Origin: an uncultured Acidobacteriota bacterium
GTDB lineage: Bacteria; Acidobacteriota; UBA6911
Direction of reading: 5' to 3'
Assembly (NCBI GenBank): GCA_963809485.1
Contig: CAWEJX010000007.1
Location: 672,001 to 736,000 of the forward strand
DNA length: 64,000 nt
Shown: positions 58,588 to 64,000 of the stretch, in pieces
How positions within the stretch are numbered: position 1 is the first letter of the stretch
Layout of the letters: every line of letters starts with the position of its first letter
Position numbers and translations under genes: made by a program
The notes under the pieces: generated by a model
What the model was told of the DNA's origin: nothing
The model's input: the letters and a program-made list of their open reading frames with translations, nothing else
Database searches by the model: none

Positions 58588-60966
58588 CTATTTTTTCATT
58601 TCGACAAGAGTGGAGCCGCCGCTGCCCTGGCCGGGCGGCGCGAGGCTGAAGCGCTCCACCTGGGGGTGGCCGGACAGGAACTGCGCAATCGCTTTGCGCA
58701 GGATGCCTTTGCCGTGCCCGTGAATAATGCGCACATTTTCAGTGCCGGCAAGAAAAGCCTGGTCCAAAAACTTGTCGACCCGCTCGATCGCTTCGTCCGC
58801 CGTCAGGCCGATCACTTTGAGTTCGGAAACAGCCGGCTCATTCAGGTCGTCGTCCGCCGGCAAAGGACGCGCCGGCGGGGAAGGCACGGCCGCTGCACCG
58901 CGGATTTTGGCCAGGTCGTCGCGGCCGGCACGGTAGCGCAAGGCGCCGACGATCACGACGTAGGTGCTGTCGCGGATGGTTTCCACCGTGCCATCCCGAT
59001 CCAGGGACCGTATCCGGACCCGGTCCCCTTCCAGGATCTCTTCCGTGCCCGTGTCGGCGGCAGCCTCTTCACGCCCGGAATCCGGAAAATTGGCAGTCCG
59101 GCGCAGTGCCGCGGATTTCCTGCGCAGCTCGGCTGCCTGGTTTTCGGCGCTCCTTTTGATCCTGGCGGCCTCGATCCTGTCTTTGACCGAACGCACCGCG
59201 CGTTCACTTTCGGTTTTGAACTCGGCGACCACGCGGGCAAGCGCCGCGTCGAACTCCGCACGGCGAGCCTGCTCGCGGTCGGCGAATTCGGCATCCAGCT
59301 TCGAATATTTTTCGGCGACGGCCGCACGCTCCTCTTCCAGCGAAGCCCGGAGGTTTTCCATCCCGTCCAGGGTCTCTTTCAGCCTGAGCAGGTATTCGCG
59401 CGCCTGGGCGTGGCTCGGCTCCACGAGCGCGGCCGCTGCCGCCAGAATCTCTTCGGTCACATTCATCCTTCTCGCGATTTCCAGCCCGGAGGAGGCCCCG
59501 GCGATTCCGAGTATCAGCCGGTAGGTGGGCCGGAGCGTCCGTTCGTCAAACTCGACGGAAGCGTTCCTTACCCCTTCCGTCTGCGAAGCCCACATCTTCA
59601 GCCCCGGGTAATGCGTGGAGGCGACGGTCATGGCGCCGGTCCGGCGGAAATAGTCCACGATCGCAACCGCCAGGGCGGCTCCCTCGTCGGGATCCGTTCC
59701 GGTCCCCACTTCGTCGAGCAGTATGAGCGCCGCGGGCCGCACGCTCTGCGCCATCCCGCCGATGTTGCGCATGTGCGCCGTGAAGGTGGAGAGGTTGGCG
59801 GCGATGGACTGCTGGTCGCCTATGTCGGCGAATACCTGGTCGAAGACCGGCAGGACCGCTTCACGGGCGGGCACGTGAAACCCCATCTGCGCCATGAGCG
59901 AAACGAGCCCGAGCGTTTTGAGCACGACCGTTTTCCCGCCTGCGTTGGGCCCGCTGATGACCAGCACCCTGCAGTTCCCGTCCAGCTCGAGCGAAATCGG
60001 CACCGCGCTCCCGCCCGAGGCGCGCAACGAGTGCTCGAGCAGGATGTGCCGGGCATCGCGCAGCATCAATTCCTTCCCGCCCGAAATCTGCGGCGCCGTG
60101 CACTGGAATTCCATTGCGAAGCCGGCCCTGGCCTGCACGACGTCCAGTTCCGTCAGGACCTCGATCGTCACGCGGATCGCGTCGAGGTGCTCCCTCAGGG
60201 ATTGCGTGATCGAAAGTAGAATCCGGGACACCTCGATCTCTTCCTGCTCCCGCAGCCGCACGAGATCGTTGTTCTGGTTGATGACCGTCATCGGTTCGAC
60301 AAAGGTTGTCTGGCCGCTCGACGAGAGTCCGTGCACGACGCCGGGCACCTGGCCGCGCGAATCGGTCCGCACCGGGATGACGAAACGGCCGTTGCGGAAC
60401 GTGATGAGGTCTTCCTGGACCGCCTGCGCCTGTGCCCGCAGGATGGATTCCAGCGCGCGGTGTATGCGCATCCTGCGGCTGGTGAGATCGCGGCGCAGAT
60501 CGCGGAGCTCGGGGCTGGCGTTGTCGTCGATTTCCCCGTTGGGAAGTATTTTGCCGTGGATGGCCGCCAGCAGGAGTTTCAGGTCCGGGATGCGGGAAGC
60601 CGCGCCCAGCAGATGCGCATAGAGCCCCCCGGATGCGGCGGCCCGGATCTGCTCGCGCACCTCCCTGCCGACGAAGAGAATGCGCTCGAGCGCAAGGATC
60701 TGTTTGGGTTCCAGCGCGGACCCTTCTATGTGCAGCTGGGCCAGGATCGGCGCCGGATCCTCGATGCCCGACAGGCCGAACCGCCCCTGCGTGGACAGGT
60801 AGGAGATGCATTCACCCGTTGTTTCAAGCTCGCGCAGAATGTCGGGGCGGGAGGCGGAAGGTCGCAGGTTCATCATCCGCATGCGCCCCGGCTCCGTCTG
60901 CACGTGCCGCGCCGCCAGCGCGATAAGGCCCTTAAGCTCCAGAGTGTCGAATGTGCGCTCATCCAT
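58588..60966 (-). CDS. mutS2: MutS2 endonuclease with Smr domain
   Basis: SGPNAGGKT, DIGDQQSI, LSTFTAH, DEVGTGTDP, IIHGHGKG. Confidence 0.95.
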   Translation of the reverse strand: MDERTFDTLELKGLIALAARHVQTEPGRMRMMNLRPSASRPDILRELETTGECISYLSTQGRFGLSGIEDPAPILAQLHIEGSALEPKQILALERILFVGREVREQIRAAASGGLYAHLLGAASRIPDLKLLLAAIHGKILPNGEIDDNASPELRDLRRDLTSRRMRIHRALESILRAQAQAVQEDLITFRNGRFVIPVRTDSRGQVPGVVHGLSSSGQTTFVEPMTVINQNNDLVRLREQEEIEVSRILLSITQSLREHLDAIRVTIEVLTELDVVQARAGFAMEFQCTAPQISGGKELMLRDARHILLEHSLRASGGSAVPISLELDGNCRVLVISGPNAGGKTVVLKTLGLVSLMAQMGFHVPAREAVLPVFDQVFADIGDQQSIAANLSTFTAHMRNIGGMAQSVRPAALILLDEVGTGTDPDEGAALAVAIVDYFRRTGAMTVASTHYPGLKMWASQTEGVRNASVEFDERTLRPTYRLILGIAGASSGLEIARRMNVTEEILAAAAALVEPSHAQAREYLLRLKETLDGMENLRASLEEERAAVAEKYSKLDAEFADREQARRAEFDAALARVVAEFKTESERAVRSVKDRIEAARIKRSAENQAAELRRKSAALRRTANFPDSGREEAAADTGTEEILEGDRVRIRSLDRDGTVETIRDSTYVVIVGALRYRAGRDDLAKIRGAAAVPSPPARPLPADDDLNEPAVSELKVIGLTADEAIERVDKFLDQAFLAGTENVRIIHGHGKGILRKAIAQFLSGHPQVERFSLAPPGQGSGGSTLVEMKK

Positions 60967-60983
60967 AAAAAGCCCTTTTAAAG

Positions 60984-61013
60984 CCTGTAACCTGCAACCT
61001 GTAACCTTCAACC
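60984..61013. repeat. CCTGTAA-type heptamer tandem repeat
   Basis: CCTGTAA CCTGCAA CCTGTAA CCTTCAA. Confidence 0.65.
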
Positions 61014-61017
61014 GGAA

Positions 61018-61935
61018 TTATTGCATGAGCGCGAGGAGGATGGCTTTCTGGGCGTGGAGACGGTTCTCCGCCTGCCGGAAAACGACCGAATGCTCCGAGT
61101 CCATGACGGACGCCGAGACTTCCTCGCCCCGATGTGCGGGGAGACAGTGCATGAAGACGTAGTCGGGCTTGGCGCGCCGGGCAACGGCGTCGTTCACCTG
61201 GAAGGAACGGAAAATTTTCTTCCTTTTGGCCGCCTCGGATTCCAGGCCCATGCTTGCCCAGACATCCGTGTAAAGCACGTCCGCCCCGTCCGCCGCGGCC
61301 AAAGGATCGTGCAGAATTTCGAGTTTGCACCCGCTATCGGATGCGTTGTTCCGGGCCCATTCCACCACCCCGGCGTCGGGTTCGTACCCTCTGGGAGTGG
61401 CGACGGCCAGGCGCGATCCGAAGCGGGCGGCCGCATAAATCAGCGAGTGGGCAACATTGTTCCCGTCGCCGATGTAGGCAATCTTCACTTTCCGCAGATT
61501 CCCCTTTTCTTCGAAGATCGTCATATAGTCGGCCATCGCCTGGCAGGGATGGCTGAAATCGGTGAGCCCGTTGATGACCGGAATCCCGGCGGCTTCGGCC
61601 ATCTCTTTCACATTATCGTGGCTGAAAGTGCGGATCATGATCCCCTGGACCATGCGCTCGAGGTTTTTCGCCACGTCGCTCACGGCTTCCCGCTTGCCGA
61701 GGCTGATTTCGGCCTGGCCCAGGTGCACGCTGAATCCGCCCAGCTGATGGATCCCGACATCGAAGGAAACCCGCGTCCGCAGGGAAGGCTTTTCAAAAAT
61801 CATGGCGAGAGCCTTGCCGGCGAGCTTTTTGGCGTATTTGGCCGGATCGGCCTTGACCGCAAGCGCCGTGGAGAGCAGTTTGTTCAAATCATGGGCCGGC
61901 CAGTCCCGGATGGAAATAAAATCTTTGTTCTTCAT
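61018..61935 (-). CDS. argF: Ornithine carbamoyltransferase
   Basis: PSLRTR, HPCQ, WASMG, MHCLP. Confidence 0.93.
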   Translation of the reverse strand: MKNKDFISIRDWPAHDLNKLLSTALAVKADPAKYAKKLAGKALAMIFEKPSLRTRVSFDVGIHQLGGFSVHLGQAEISLGKREAVSDVAKNLERMVQGIMIRTFSHDNVKEMAEAAGIPVINGLTDFSHPCQAMADYMTIFEEKGNLRKVKIAYIGDGNNVAHSLIYAAARFGSRLAVATPRGYEPDAGVVEWARNNASDSGCKLEILHDPLAAADGADVLYTDVWASMGLESEAAKRKKIFRSFQVNDAVARRAKPDYVFMHCLPAHRGEEVSASVMDSEHSVVFRQAENRLHAQKAILLALMQ

Positions 61936-62015
61936 GTGTTTCACCTGTCAAAGGTCGAAACCACATAGTTTATCGAAAAACCTGTGCCCAAGCCACATTT
62001 ACCGTCCGTCAAATT

Positions 62016-62114
62016 TAACGCTGACGCACGCCGATAGACGCTGACGCACGCTGAAAAACTATCAAATAAGTCTGTCAGCGTCTGTCGGCGTTTGGTCCTC
62101 GTATGTCGGCGTTA
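62016..62114. repeat. Full ACGCTGAC-unit palindrome ending on the qor stop codon
   Basis: TAACGCTGAC...GTCGGCGTTA; left arm identical to that at 22254. Confidence 0.85.
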
Positions 62115-63083
62115 CATCGTTTCAAGCAGGACCTTGCCGGCGGTCTTCCTGGACTCCAGGGCTTCCTGGGCCTGCGCGGCTTTGCTGAGGGGATAAACGT
62201 GGTGGATGCGGATCTTCAGGCTTCCCTCGGCAATCCATCTCAGCACGTCGCCGGCACGCCACAACAGCTCTTCGCGCGTGGCAGTGTAGTGGCCCATGCT
62301 GGGGCGGGTCAGGTACAACGACCCCCTGGGATTCAGGATATTCGGATCCAGGGGCGGGACGGGGCCGCTGGACTGCCCGAAAAGGACCATCATCCCCCTC
62401 CGCCTCAGGCAGTTCAGGCTCCTGTCGAACGTGGCCCTGGCGACCGAGTCATAAACCACATCGACGCCCGCGCCGGCGGTGATCCTCTTCACCTCCTGCT
62501 CAAAATCGATCTGGCTGTAAAGAATCACGTGATGGGCCCCGGCGTTGCGCGCAAGCTCGGCTTTTTCCTCCGTGGACACCGTGCCGATGACGGTGGCGCC
62601 GATATTGCGGGCCATCTGCGTCAGCAGAAGGCCGACTCCCCCGGCCGCCGCGTGCAGCAGCACCGTTTCGCCGGCCTTCAGCGGATAGGTCGAGTGTGTC
62701 AGATAATGAGCCGTCATGCCCTGCAGCATCGCGGCTGCCGCCTTCTGAAAACTGATCCCGTCGGGCAATTTCACCAGCTGCCCGGCGTCGACCAGGGAGT
62801 ATTGGGCGTAGGATCCCATTACGCCGGCATACGCGACCCTGTCGCCCGGCTTGAGTTCCGTCACGTCCGGGCCCACGGACTCGACGATGCCGGCCGCCTC
62901 GTTCCCGGGAGTGAAGGGCAGAGCGGTTTTATACAGTCCCGTCCGGAAATAGATGTCGATGAAATTGAGCCCGGCGGCATGGACCTTTACCAGCGCCTGG
63001 CCCGGTCCCGGCCTGGGGAGCGAAATCTCCTCATAGACCAGCTTTTCAAGACCCCCGGTTTCATGGATTCGAATGGCCTTCAT
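62112..63083 (-). CDS. qor: NADPH:quinone oxidoreductase (zeta-crystallin)
   Basis: [37 protein letters not shown]. Confidence 0.92.
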   Translation of the reverse strand: MKAIRIHETGGLEKLVYEEISLPRPGPGQALVKVHAAGLNFIDIYFRTGLYKTALPFTPGNEAAGIVESVGPDVTELKPGDRVAYAGVMGSYAQYSLVDAGQLVKLPDGISFQKAAAAMLQGMTAHYLTHSTYPLKAGETVLLHAAAGGVGLLLTQMARNIGATVIGTVSTEEKAELARNAGAHHVILYSQIDFEQEVKRITAGAGVDVVYDSVARATFDRSLNCLRRRGMMVLFGQSSGPVPPLDPNILNPRGSLYLTRPSMGHYTATREELLWRAGDVLRWIAEGSLKIRIHHVYPLSKAAQAQEALESRKTAGKVLLETM

Positions 63084-63283
63084 AGGATTTGCCCCTCTCC
63101 TGTTTTTATTCACCTCTGTAATGTAGATTAACCCGCATCGGTGCGAAGAGTAAAGCGACGGCCTCGCGGATTCGGGGCAAAGCGGTGTCATTTGCTGCAT
63201 CCTCTTCACACGGGCGGTATCGCAGGCGTAGAATGCCGGAAGTCGGAAACAGGCCAAAACAGTTCACAGCGGGAGGAAAAGAC

Positions 63284-64000
63284 ATGAAGCGGCGATCGAT
63301 TAGGGGATTGTTGATGGCGGCCTTGCTGGCGGCCGCGATCCCGGTTTTGCGGGCGGAGGTAAAAACCGAGGAGAAAAGCCAGATGAAGATGGAAGGGATG
63401 ATGGGCAGCATGATGGGCATGTTTGGCGGCAAGGCAGCCAAGGAAGGCCTGGTAAACACGGTCGCCGTCAAGGGCAACCGCAAAATGACGGTCAGTGAAG
63501 AAAACGGCGAGATCATCGACCTTGACGAGCAGAAGGTCTACAGCCTGAACATGAAAAAGAAAAACTACGAGGTGGTCACGTTCGACGAAATGCGCCGGCG
63601 CCTCGAGGAAGCGCGGAAAAAGGCTGCTGAGTCCTCCGGGAAGGATGCCGGGGAGGAATCCGAGCAGCAGATGGAATTCGATTTTTCCCTGAAAGAATCC
63701 GGCCAGACCCGATCGATCAACGGCTACGATTGCCGCGAGGTAATCATGGCAATCACGGGTCACCAGAAGGGGAAGACGCTGGAAGAGGCCGGCGGCATGG
63801 TAATCACGTCCCACATGTGGCTCGGGCCGGAGATCCACGCAATGAAGGAAATCGCCGATTTCGATCAGCGCTATGCAAGGGCCCTGAACATGATCGGCGG
63901 CATGGTGGGAGGGGCGGACCAGATGGCGATGGCCATGGCGCTGTACCCCGGGATGAAAAGCATGATCGGCAAGATGGAGGCGGAAAACGTCAATTTGAAG
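63284..64000 (+). CDS. Secreted hypothetical protein (DUF4412-like), 3'-truncated
   Basis: GGAGG SD; signal peptide; IIDLDEQKVY, RSINGYDC; open to the window end. Confidence 0.7.
   Translation, partial: MKRRSIRGLLMAALLAAAIPVLRAEVKTEEKSQMKMEGMMGSMMGMFGGKAAKEGLVNTVAVKGNRKMTVSEENGEIIDLDEQKVYSLNMKKKNYEVVTFDEMRRRLEEARKKAAESSGKDAGEESEQQMEFDFSLKESGQTRSINGYDCREVIMAITGHQKGKTLEEAGGMVITSHMWLGPEIHAMKEIADFDQRYARALNMIGGMVGGADQMAMAMALYPGMKSMIGKMEAENVNLK

Overview
A 64-kb GC-rich bacterial chromosomal segment with about 45 protein-coding genes. Gene content (anaerobic metabolism, many secreted proteins) suggests an anaerobic Acidobacteriota-like organism; that is inference only. I saw no rRNA, tRNA, CRISPR-cas or intact transposase genes. 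Housekeeping genes include gltA, pckG, argF, mutS2, nth, cysE, iorAB, qor, chrA and amrS. Accessory modules include a flavocytochrome plus pentaheme cytochrome, a Cys-less UGSC-family protein, a secreted kinase-like/phosphatase pair, an ECF sigma/anti-sigma pair, a family-III CoA-transferase pair and a decayed hicAB. The most unusual structure is non-coding. (1) About 20 copies of a palindromic element built from 10-bp-period ACGCTGAC units, several ending exactly on stop codons. (2) Four copies of a nested non-autonomous IS200/IS605-like element. (3) A 265-bp composite with IS1182-like hairpins. (4) GGAACGT heptamer palindromes. (5) A repeat-spacer-like array at 43.8-44.4 kb whose two identical 'spacers' are a mutated, internally deleted copy of the neighbouring iorB 3' end. 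The block at 36.1-40.9 kb (gdh plus a PPDK-like/nucleotidyltransferase gene) is heavily frameshifted, reflecting either pseudogenisation or local sequencing error. All calls are by eye from motifs; no database searches were run.
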